DNA from: a virus
Taxonomy: Duplodnaviria; Caudoviricetes
Strand: one strand, 5' to 3'
IMG/VR virus record: IMGVR_UViG_3300021254_000020
Coordinates: 192,001 to 256,000 of that record
Length of the DNA stretch: 64,000 nucleotides
Shown: piece after piece, positions 52,078 through 60,714 of the stretch
How positions within the stretch are numbered: the first letter of the stretch is position 1
Layout: each line of letters begins with the position of its first letter
Notes under the pieces: generated by a model
Database searches by the model: none
The model's input: only the letters and a program-made list of their open reading frames with translations
What the model was told of the DNA's origin: nothing
Position numbers and translations under genes: made by a program

Positions 52078-52464
52078 TTATGCTTCTCTATTTAGCCATT
52101 CTTCTATAGTATTCCAGTCTACTTTCCTATCTATATGATTCTTCTCATCAATATATAGGTCAGCATATACTTTTCGTCCATTATCTCCCCATCTAGCGAT
52201 AGTAGATTTATGATCATAATTTACATAATCTGGATAGAACCCAATTCCTGCTAGTTCATTAACAGCTCTAGATAATGAGTCTCCTGATCTACAAGTCCAT
52301 AGGATTACGGAGCCTCCTCTTTTTTGGAAGTTCTTTAGAATACGTATAGCATTCATATCAAAGGTATAAGTTGTTTTAGAAGGATCGTCCTCGTTATTAC
52401 CAAAGCATATGGTATCATCGAAATCCACTGCAATAAGATTTAGTTTATACTTCTTTCTAGGCAT
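52078..52464 (-). CDS. HAD-superfamily hydrolase (BT0820-like)
   Basis: IAVDFDDTI, ILWTCR, KVYADLYIDEK. Confidence 0.8.
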   Translation of the reverse strand: MPRKKYKLNLIAVDFDDTICFGNNEDDPSKTTYTFDMNAIRILKNFQKRGGSVILWTCRSGDSLSRAVNELAGIGFYPDYVNYDHKSTIARWGDNGRKVYADLYIDEKNHIDRKVDWNTIEEWLNREA

Positions 52465-52509
52465 AGTAGTTCCCTCCTCTTATTATACTCTTTGATATGA
52501 TGTCAATAA

Positions 52510-52695
52510 TTAATATCCATCTTTGGCATTGTATCCATATATTTCTTGCTTCTTAAAGTATAGGTCTAATGATAATCTAATATCATCATCCGTTGGTCCA
52601 AGAACATTCCCATATTCAAGTAGATTTTGGATTTTTTTCATTTTGTAATACACATATTGCTCTAACTCTTCTTTGGTCATTTTCTTTCTATTCAT
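52510..52695 (-). CDS. small hypothetical protein
   Basis: Start revised to MNRKKMTKEE with AAGGAG RBS. Confidence 0.55.
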   Translation of the reverse strand: MNRKKMTKEELEQYVYYKMKKIQNLLEYGNVLGPTDDDIRLSLDLYFKKQEIYGYNAKDGY

Positions 52696-52708
52696 ATCAT
52701 ATACTCCT

Positions 52709-53002
52709 TTATACACAAGATTCATGGTATGATGCCAACAATCTATTTGGTTGGAGCAAACAATGATCTTCAGAAAAGAAACTGTAGTTATATCTATTAT
52801 GGAAGCTATATTCTCCATTAGAGATATAATGGAATCTATTAATGCCACAATATAGATCTAGTATAACTAGTTTCTTTACCGTATTATTATCTAAATAGAA
52901 CTTTATCTTCTCATTAGTCGTACGTTTAACAGCCAGAGCGTAAGTATGACCTGTATAAGTACGTATACGCGTATTCTGTATTAGTCTTTTTCTATTATTC
53001 AT
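52709..53002 (-). CDS. MNNR-family paralog 5
   Basis: MNNRKRLIQNTRIRTY. Confidence 0.65.
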   Translation of the reverse strand: MNNRKRLIQNTRIRTYTGHTYALAVKRTTNEKIKFYLDNNTVKKLVILDLYCGINRFHYISNGEYSFHNRYNYSFFSEDHCLLQPNRLLASYHESCV

Positions 53003-53079
53003 ATCTATTCCTCATAATAAAAAAAATAAAGAAGGTTATTCGCCCTCTTATTTAGAATTGATCTATTTTATTATTAACG

Positions 53080-53355
53080 TCAAGATATGTCGATTATACT
53101 ATATCGAAATTTTTTGTTCATCTTTACCCATATAAATTCTAATTTATCTATTTCATCATTATATATTAATTTTTGTTTAGCATTAATCAAGTATTCACCA
53201 TCACCTGTACTTTCATATGGAGTCCAATATTTACTTTCTCTTAGTATTAGATCCAATATACCCTTTCTTTCATCTCTCAATGGTCTTCTATATACAACTA
53301 CATGTTTATATGGGACTATCATAGCCTTAATTATATTACGTCCTCTATTATTCAT
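53080..53355 (-). CDS. MNNR-family paralog 4
   Basis: MNNRGRNIIKAMIVPY. Confidence 0.65.
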   Translation of the reverse strand: MNNRGRNIIKAMIVPYKHVVVYRRPLRDERKGILDLILRESKYWTPYESTGDGEYLINAKQKLIYNDEIDKLEFIWVKMNKKFRYSIIDIS

Positions 53356-53403
53356 ATCTATTCTCCTAAATAAAAATAAAGAGGGTAATTAACCCTCTTT
53401 ATC

Positions 53404-53742
53404 TTATAATCTTATTCTTGGTCCATTACTAGTATCAATGAGACCAATAACATCATCTAATGGATAATTTATGTCTTTAAAACTACTATATAGAAATGCT
53501 GCAAACATAGAATAGAGTTCAAGTACTCGTCTAGTTTCTTGAATAGTTATATCTGAATTATACACATAGTGTTTAAAAAGACTATCATAATAGAATGGAG
53601 CTACATATCTATCAGATAGCGAAGCAGTATAAGATATACTCATTATGTTTCGATTATCCATTTTCTTATCTCTATTGATATATACATTACCCATATATGT
53701 ATCTAACATAGCCTTATATCTTGTTCTTTGTCTATTATTCAT
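53404..53742 (-). CDS. MNNR-family paralog 3
   Basis: Start revised to MNNRQRTRYKAMLDTY (GAGGG RBS). Confidence 0.7.
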   Translation of the reverse strand: MNNRQRTRYKAMLDTYMGNVYINRDKKMDNRNIMSISYTASLSDRYVAPFYYDSLFKHYVYNSDITIQETRRVLELYSMFAAFLYSSFKDINYPLDDVIGLIDTSNGPRIRL

Positions 53743-53771
53743 ATTAATCCCTCTTATCAAGCAGTTATTGC

Positions 53772-54164
53772 TCAATCATATGCCCCATAGAATGAGTTCT
53801 CTCGGATTAATCTCATATGACGTTCAAATGGAGTTTCTCCTTTTGAGAATGGTCTATCATCATATTCATTGGTAACCTTATCCAAGTTCTCTTTCATCCT
53901 AAAGGACATTTTTTCCATTTCTATACGGTGTTGTTTTTCTCTATTCCAAAGATTCATTATTTGAATATAGCTTCCTCTAGCAGCATTATAATAAAATGGA
54001 ACAGGAGTTAAACTATCATTTCTAACCGCTAATCTAATACATTGATTGATTTGATCTTTCTCCATAGGAACCAGTACTCCAGTTATCAGATCTGTAGTCC
54101 ATACCTTACCTTCTACATATGTAGATAACATAGCCTTTCTTAGATTTCTTTGTCTATTATTCAT
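53772..54164 (-). CDS. MNNR-family paralog 2
   Basis: Start revised to MNNRQRNLRKAMLSTYVEGKV (GAGGAG RBS). Confidence 0.7.
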   Translation of the reverse strand: MNNRQRNLRKAMLSTYVEGKVWTTDLITGVLVPMEKDQINQCIRLAVRNDSLTPVPFYYNAARGSYIQIMNLWNREKQHRIEMEKMSFRMKENLDKVTNEYDDRPFSKGETPFERHMRLIRENSFYGAYD

Positions 54165-54165
54165 A

Positions 54166-54552
54166 TTAACTCCTCTTATCAAGCAGTTCTTGCTCAGTAA
54201 CACCATCTACTCCATACAGTGAGTTCTCTCTGATTAATCTAAGTCTTCGTTGCAATGGGGTTTCTCCTGTTGCTGGTGTTCCGGCCGTTTTATGGGCATA
54301 CCAAGATATTTGTTCTAACGTAATTCTATTGCTTTTATTACATGCATCCATTTCGAATATATATTGTTTTCTTCCACTATTGTAATAAAATGGTGCACTT
54401 TCGTAATTCGTGAGACATAGGTTTATGTGATAAAGAATATAACATCTCTTCATAGGAACCAGGTTAGTAAATAGGGATTCTTTTCTAAGTACTTTCCCTT
54501 CTACATATGTAGATAGCATAGCCTTTCTTAGAGTTCTTTTTCTATTATTCAT
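54166..54552 (-). CDS. MNNR-family paralog 1
   Basis: MNNRKRTLRKAMLSTYVEGKV. Confidence 0.7.
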   Translation of the reverse strand: MNNRKRTLRKAMLSTYVEGKVLRKESLFTNLVPMKRCYILYHINLCLTNYESAPFYYNSGRKQYIFEMDACNKSNRITLEQISWYAHKTAGTPATGETPLQRRLRLIRENSLYGVDGVTEQELLDKRS

Positions 54553-54556
54553 ATTA

Positions 54557-55075
54557 TCACCTACTCAATATTGCTTTATAGTTATTTAGTAAGAATACCT
54601 CTAAATAATCACATGACGTATTTACCATACGAGTATCTACTGTTTGGTTGCAATACTTTTTAATTAGCTTGTTATATTCTATATAGATATTTCTATTAGT
54701 ATAGATACTATCAAACACATTTTCAAAAGATATAATATCTTGATGTAAGAAGTAATCATAATGAGCCGCTTCCTGAGATTCATATAATAAGTGTCTTTTT
54801 ATGCTCTTCTTAATCTGTTCTTCCTTATACTGAGCTATTTCTTTATACTGTACCATAAATGGTACTAGATTGATTATTATCTCTCCATGTCTACCGTATA
54901 TACTTCTAGCTTCTTCAGACATGTATAGTTTGGTCATACTATATTGAGTATCTGGCATGACTCCATGACAATCATATACACATGTGATTATCCAATTCTC
55001 ATTGTTTAATTTCAACTCCTTAATACAATCACTCACCCATGTCTTAATAATATTTTTGATTTGATAGTCGGTCAT
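54557..55075 (-). CDS. hypothetical early protein
   Basis: 172 aa, AAGGAGG RBS, early motif at 55094-55109. Confidence 0.7.
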   Translation of the reverse strand: MTDYQIKNIIKTWVSDCIKELKLNNENWIITCVYDCHGVMPDTQYSMTKLYMSEEARSIYGRHGEIIINLVPFMVQYKEIAQYKEEQIKKSIKRHLLYESQEAAHYDYFLHQDIISFENVFDSIYTNRNIYIEYNKLIKKYCNQTVDTRMVNTSCDYLEVFLLNNYKAILSR

Positions 55076-55162
55076 AACTATCTACCTCCTTCTTCATCTA
55101 TATAATATATTATTCAAATGATAATTGGGGTAGTCTATTTGACTACCCCCTATATATTCTTT

Positions 55163-56962
55163 TTAGAACGTTATTAGTCTTGGATCATACTTAGGAAGTC
55201 TCATATTAATATATTCAACTCTTCTCCCTTGATGACGTTGATACTTATCCATCTCTATTGCTTTTATCATCTCATCTCGTATTTTGTCTTGAGGGAGATA
55301 TTCACAATAGGCTCCACTACTACTAATCCCTACGCATGATACATTATGAGCAATACACCAATCAATTACTTTACTAATAGGCTCATTCATATAATAAGTT
55401 GGATTGTTTAGATATATGAATACTCTATTAAGAGGATATCCATTCTTTCTCTCACTCATATGATATATAAATCTATTTAGTGATTGATAAGTAATAGCCA
55501 TATTACGATAATCATATCTTATAGGGACCTGGAATAGATTATTATCTTTGATCTTATAATTCTTAGCTAGATTATAGATATCAAAGTCACTTCTATATTG
55601 ACCACCATATACAATATCTAAATCTATTTTTCTATAATATCTATCCAATAGAGTTACTAAGCTACTCTTTAATACGAATGGTTCATACATCCATATCGGT
55701 GATACTAGTATAGCAACTCTAGCCTTTGGTAATGGATGTGGATTAGGAACTGTTTTCTCTTCCTCTTTCTCTCCTTGTACGTTTATGGTACTATCCACAA
55801 ATACACTCTTAGGAGTTCCTACTATAATACTAGCTCGTAGTATCTCACTCCAAAACCATTGTAATGGATTCTCTTTAACTTTAATAGTAGCATCAAAATC
55901 ATGATTAGTACTAGTAGCTACATTTACACAAGCATTGAACTCTCTTCTAGTATATACACTCTCCATATTAGTAGTACAATCAATATCCGCATGGATTGTA
56001 GGTAATAGTACACAACTACCATTTAGTACATCAAAATCTACATTATCCTTCTCTATTGTGATAGTACCTTCCATTTTAATCTCACCAAAGTAGTTATGGT
56101 CATCAACCATAATTGTACATGGTATATTTACCTTAGAAGATGGCGGTACCTCTATTCTAGCCGTTAAACATTGGCATAGACATCTTCTCTTTACTAATAA
56201 TCTACACGGTACATCCTTTGCTCTATATTGATTATATATCTTACACTTACCTTCTAGCAAAGTAATCTCTTCATCATCCTTCTCATAAGTGAGATTACCC
56301 ATTATATTTTCATAAGCTTCTTCCTTATTTATATTAAGCTTACCAAATATATCATACTTTCCTTCTTCTTTTTCATATAATAGATTACCATCTAAATAGT
56401 GTTCTAGTATTCCCGGTCCTTCATAAGTCAATTTACCTTTTATTGATTTAGATACATCTATACCATCTATGGATACATGTCCATCAATATCTACTTGTCT
56501 TATTCCCTGTTCATAAGATATCTTTCCTCGAATAGCTTTATCTAATCTTTCTTCATCAATCCATAAACTACCATTGATATCTTTCTCTAAACATGGAATA
56601 TAGTATATATGGCCACTAATAAGATCATTATTAGATTCACTTTTAACGTATTCTACTTTACCTTTTAGAATATCATTCTTATAGAAACTATATTCTATAT
56701 TTGTTCTACCATCTACTTCTATTCTACAATCATCATCTATCCATATCTTATCTATCTCTATTGTGCATGGAAATCCATAATCTACTATCCCTGTTTTCTT
56801 TAACTCTACTTTACCATCTATATCCTCTTTTACCTCTATGGGATCTATTGTCATACTACCCCATATATAACTAATTATTTTAATACCATAATTAGTTTTT
56901 ACACTAATGCTTGATGGTATTGAATAACTATATCTTCTAGTGATTTCTTCTTCACCATTCAT
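55163..56962 (-). CDS. beta-repeat protein with C-terminal alpha/beta domain
   Basis: Repeats of about 18-21 aa with (I/L)xGx(L/I)xY; CACA-N6-TAAT late-like variant at 57000-56987. Confidence 0.65.
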   Translation of the reverse strand: MNGEEEITRRYSYSIPSSISVKTNYGIKIISYIWGSMTIDPIEVKEDIDGKVELKKTGIVDYGFPCTIEIDKIWIDDDCRIEVDGRTNIEYSFYKNDILKGKVEYVKSESNNDLISGHIYYIPCLEKDINGSLWIDEERLDKAIRGKISYEQGIRQVDIDGHVSIDGIDVSKSIKGKLTYEGPGILEHYLDGNLLYEKEEGKYDIFGKLNINKEEAYENIMGNLTYEKDDEEITLLEGKCKIYNQYRAKDVPCRLLVKRRCLCQCLTARIEVPPSSKVNIPCTIMVDDHNYFGEIKMEGTITIEKDNVDFDVLNGSCVLLPTIHADIDCTTNMESVYTRREFNACVNVATSTNHDFDATIKVKENPLQWFWSEILRASIIVGTPKSVFVDSTINVQGEKEEEKTVPNPHPLPKARVAILVSPIWMYEPFVLKSSLVTLLDRYYRKIDLDIVYGGQYRSDFDIYNLAKNYKIKDNNLFQVPIRYDYRNMAITYQSLNRFIYHMSERKNGYPLNRVFIYLNNPTYYMNEPISKVIDWCIAHNVSCVGISSSGAYCEYLPQDKIRDEMIKAIEMDKYQRHQGRRVEYINMRLPKYDPRLITF

Positions 56963-57021
56963 AGAATACTCACTCCTTTATGTTATATTAATAATATGTG
57001 AAAGAATGGTAATTTTGGTTA

Positions 57022-57525
57022 TTATAGTCGTTTACTGGAAGATTCTGGAACGTAGTGACAGAATATCAAAAACGACTATATGCTTCGAAGAAGCATAATA
57101 CCGAACGAAGTGAGGTGTCTGAGCGAAGCGAAGTGACCGAGTGAAACGAGGTCTATAGATAGGTCATAATTTATCTTTAATGACCTATCACACTAAATAC
57201 CCGATTTAGAGGGTAAAAAAGTGATAGCTGTATAGTAACGATGTCGATTGATATGAACGATAACCTGACTTGACCTGAGTTACTATATAACTTTATTTTC
57301 TTTATTATTATATTACCTGACTAACCTAACTTGAACTATCTTACTTACTAAGTGACTACCGAATGGATTTCTACTAGGCTATGAGGATTCCGTAGCGGAA
57401 TGATCTGACTATACTCAGTCTATTTTTCTATTACTAAGCTTTTACAGATTATTATACATTACTATTGGTAGACTGAGAGACAGATCCTGACATGATGAAA
57501 CTCATAGCAGGAATGAGGTAGGAAC
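57022..57525. other. structured non-coding region (origin-like hairpins plus nested stems)
   Basis: Four GARYGWARYGA motifs in hairpin context and several 6-10 bp stems; no ORF. Confidence 0.45.
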
Positions 57526-57624
57526 TAAACAGTGAAATATCAATCTTTTTTACTATACTATATAATTGACAGTTTCAAGTTTGTTCAAAAAATAAAAATG
57601 GGCCCGAGAGCCCATTTTTATTCC

Positions 57625-58326
57625 TCACCATCCCTCCCAGCCTAAAGTTTTCATGTCTATACTAGACAATCCATATTTATGTTTGTATTCTACCTCGCAT
57701 CTTCTAGAACAGAAATGTACCTTTCTATCATTCCGTTCAACTACTTTATCACTATCTATGTATTTCCCATTAAGCTTTCTTCTCTTAGCATGAAGAATAT
57801 GAAGCTTCCCACAGTTAGAACACCATCCAGTAGTAGTAGAATATGGACTCAACTCCACATGAGCATGGATACCATCAGGTCCGAATATAATCATATATGG
57901 ACACAATCTGGCCAACTGAATCAGTAACCCTATTTCTGGATTTATATTAACCTGATTCTCTGCCCATATTTTGTAATCCTTTTCAGATAGAACAACTAAT
58001 CTCTCGTACCCGTCTGGTCCAACAAATAAAGGTATCTCGTTTGCCAATGGATCTCTATTGAACGCTCTTCTAAACGCTCTAATAACATCGTCATTTTTAT
58101 AACTGTACTCATCATCCATTTTTACAGAGAGGTAGGAGTCTCTAGGACAATCGTTTAATATCCTATAGTTTTCATCTTGAACCATAGGTTCTGCTATACA
58201 TCCTATAGCTCTAGTATAAGGGTCTAATATATATTGACCATCAAAATTTATGCACTCTCTCATTACGTCAAGAGAGTACTTCTCTTTAAGATATCTTACT
58301 GGAACTCTGGTTACTATTTGCATCAT
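57625..58326 (-). CDS. protein with C-terminal TRASH-like zinc finger
   Basis: CSNCG...HFCSRRC; paralog of 58329-58808. Confidence 0.65.
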   Translation of the reverse strand: MMQIVTRVPVRYLKEKYSLDVMRECINFDGQYILDPYTRAIGCIAEPMVQDENYRILNDCPRDSYLSVKMDDEYSYKNDDVIRAFRRAFNRDPLANEIPLFVGPDGYERLVVLSEKDYKIWAENQVNINPEIGLLIQLARLCPYMIIFGPDGIHAHVELSPYSTTTGWCSNCGKLHILHAKRRKLNGKYIDSDKVVERNDRKVHFCSRRCEVEYKHKYGLSSIDMKTLGWEGW

Positions 58327-58328
58327 TA

Positions 58329-58808
58329 TTATCTTCTCCTTATTCTACGTTCAAACTCTTCTTTGCATATATGATTACAGAAATGAAGATTTCCTAATCT
58401 ATATACGTAATATAATCCTGATCCTACAATTATGGGAGTATTACATATAGGACAGTTTACTGTTTTCTTCTCATCTATGGTTATTACATGAGCATGGATA
58501 TTATCATCATTGAATACAATATCGAATGGAGTTGTCCTATAAAACTCCGTAATATCAATGGTATAATCGAATAGTACATACAACTTGTTTATTTGATATA
58601 CGTCGTGTACTGATAATATAGCTAGTCTATTCTCGACTCCATTCACAATCAATATAGGAACTTCCCCGTTTTCTACAATGGGAGGATATCCAACTAATCT
58701 AGTATATTTAGAAACAAGAGCGTTTAGGCTTACTAGTTTCATATCGTTTGATAAATCTGTACTAGGATTAGTGATAATAATAGGATCTCCCCGATTTTCT
58801 ACAATCAT
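58329..58808 (-). CDS. protein with C-terminal TRASH-like zinc finger
   Basis: CPICN...HFCNHIC; early motif at 58902-58917. Confidence 0.65.
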   Translation of the reverse strand: MIVENRGDPIIITNPSTDLSNDMKLVSLNALVSKYTRLVGYPPIVENGEVPILIVNGVENRLAILSVHDVYQINKLYVLFDYTIDITEFYRTTPFDIVFNDDNIHAHVITIDEKKTVNCPICNTPIIVGSGLYYVYRLGNLHFCNHICKEEFERRIRRR

Positions 58809-58940
58809 TAATCTTCATCTCCTGATTAAAAAAGTTTATTGATTTGATATAGCTTTAAGATGATGGACTACTCCTAAATGGAGTAGTCCTATTCACCCTA
58901 TTCATTATTATAGTATATATTCATTTTTGATATTGTCTAA

Positions 58941-58954
58941 GACAGTCCTATAAT
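58941..58954 (+). promoter_or_regulatory. late-like promoter GACA-GTCCTA-TAAT
   Basis: Exact match to the motif upstream of the structural genes; points into 58982 and the array. Confidence 0.6.
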
Positions 58955-58981
58955 TATTATAGGGTATAAGGAGGAATTAGA

Positions 58982-59836
58982 ATGAAATCTATCAATCTTA
59001 TATGGGTACCAAATATAAAGGAGATCACTAGTGATAATATTCCTATATATAGAGGTAATGGAGATCACATAGTAAAGATTATAGAGAAGATAAAAGAGAA
59101 TTGTCAAAAAGATGAATTAGATATACCTCTCTATATGGATGAGTATTCTAAAGAGAATAATCGTGTATCTCTTCTTCTTACAATATCAGATTATCTGAAT
59201 GAAGAAGATAATGATGCTGAGGTGACTCAATACTTTGTTCTTCCTTATGGTCAGATTACCAAGATAAAAGACTTTGATAAGTTATCTAAATCTGTACAAA
59301 CACTATGTGATAACTATTTGGAATCACTTACTAAGGATATTGATTCTACTAAGTCGATACTTTCTAAGGATGAGGCTAAGCTTAGTACATTAGACCCCAA
59401 TCCTGATATTGATCTAGATAAGAAGCTTTGCTTACTTACAGAGATTGGATTCTGCTATGCTGCTATACAATCATATATGAATGATCATGAAGAAGAGATC
59501 CAGGATAGTTTTAATGATGCTATTAAAGAGTCTAGAGAAGAGGCTATTGAGGAAGAAGAAATTAAAACTGAGCTAGATATGATCAACTCTTCTATTAAGA
59601 GTATTCTAAAGGATAAAAAGGAATTTGAAAATGAAGAGTTTGTTCGTTGTATTTATAATCAACACGAAATCTCTCAGATTGATATGATAGAAGAACTCTC
59701 TTCTCATTACGTTCCTGAATATATGCCTAAGATTAAGAATATCAATGATACTCTAAATGATGAATATGAGATAGAAACTACTCATCTTATTATCACCAGA
59801 GATATTGGTGGTGGATTACGGTTAAAACGAAAGTGA
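58982..59836 (+). CDS. highly acidic hypothetical protein
   Basis: 284 aa, D/E-rich (ESREEAIEEEEIK), AAGGAGG RBS. Confidence 0.75.
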   Translation: MKSINLIWVPNIKEITSDNIPIYRGNGDHIVKIIEKIKENCQKDELDIPLYMDEYSKENNRVSLLLTISDYLNEEDNDAEVTQYFVLPYGQITKIKDFDKLSKSVQTLCDNYLESLTKDIDSTKSILSKDEAKLSTLDPNPDIDLDKKLCLLTEIGFCYAAIQSYMNDHEEEIQDSFNDAIKESREEAIEEEEIKTELDMINSSIKSILKDKKEFENEEFVRCIYNQHEISQIDMIEELSSHYVPEYMPKIKNINDTLNDEYEIETTHLIITRDIGGGLRLKRK

Positions 59837-59852
59837 TAATCACTATTAGCTA

Positions 59853-60700
59853 TTAACCAATATAGCGGATAAAGTGGACTGTTCAGATTTATATCTATAA
59901 AAAATACAATGGACTAAAGGACTGAAATTCTATATCAAAGGACAAATGTAACTATCAAAAAGTAGTTCAATGAAAAAGTGGAATGAAACTGCCAAGGAGT
60001 ATACCAATACATTTTGTCTAATGCAGAATAATTAAACGAATCCAATTTAGTGAGTGAATGCATTATTATAGGTTTTATCCAATTATGCATATTAATGAAA
60101 ATGATGCTTTAGAAACCAATTACAAGATGAAATGAACTACCACCATATATGATCAATGCGAGAACAGAGTGAGCTTAAGCCTATTAAACCAATAGTGCGT
60201 TGAAAAACGGATTATATTTTGTAATATCAATAATTCGATATAATGGACTGATATTCTATACTATCAATGAGTCGATAAAATGAATTATAATGAATAATTA
60301 TCAATAGGAGCAAAAATGTAATAAAAAAGTATATGGTCAATAATATAGTTTATTGGACTAATGCTGCAAAACCAATAAGCATGAAAATGATTATTTATTT
60401 TTTACCACATAGCAATATCCCAATTAGTGAGAAAAGTGAACTAATGTAATTGAACAAAATTGAAGGAGAGAAATGTAATAAAATCCTACAAACCAATATA
60501 ACCATGCAATGAAATGCAAATTAGTATAACCAATGATGAAAGTGATTGAATGGAATATAATAGAATTCAATAAAAAGGATAACTGGATTAGTATATTTAT
60601 TTACAATACATGACCAAACTGAACTGAATATAATGAAATCAATAGACACACTCAATGAAATAGAATTATGTAAGACCAATATATAAAATAACTGAATATT
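59853..60700 (+). repeat. non-coding dual-motif array, 23 units of about 37 bp (WWYCAAT-N10-AATGRAHT-N12)
   Basis: YCAAT-type motif at 59857, 59894, 59929, 59967, 60004, 60042, 60079, 60116, 60153, 60189, 60227, 60264, 60301, 60337, 60372, 60420, 60456, 60493, 60530, 60567, 60603, 60639 and 60676; TG of the second motif 16-19 nt later (usually 17). Confidence 0.85.
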
Positions 60701-60714
60701 AGGAGGTAATCGAT

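Noticed and set aside
57481-57508. Hammerhead ribozyme (CTGA...GAAA)
   Set aside because: No stem II between CUGA and GAAA and no NUH site at the required position.
59853-60700. CRISPR array
   Set aside because: No 23-47 bp near-identical repeat; conserved parts are only 5-8 nt and no cas genes are visible.
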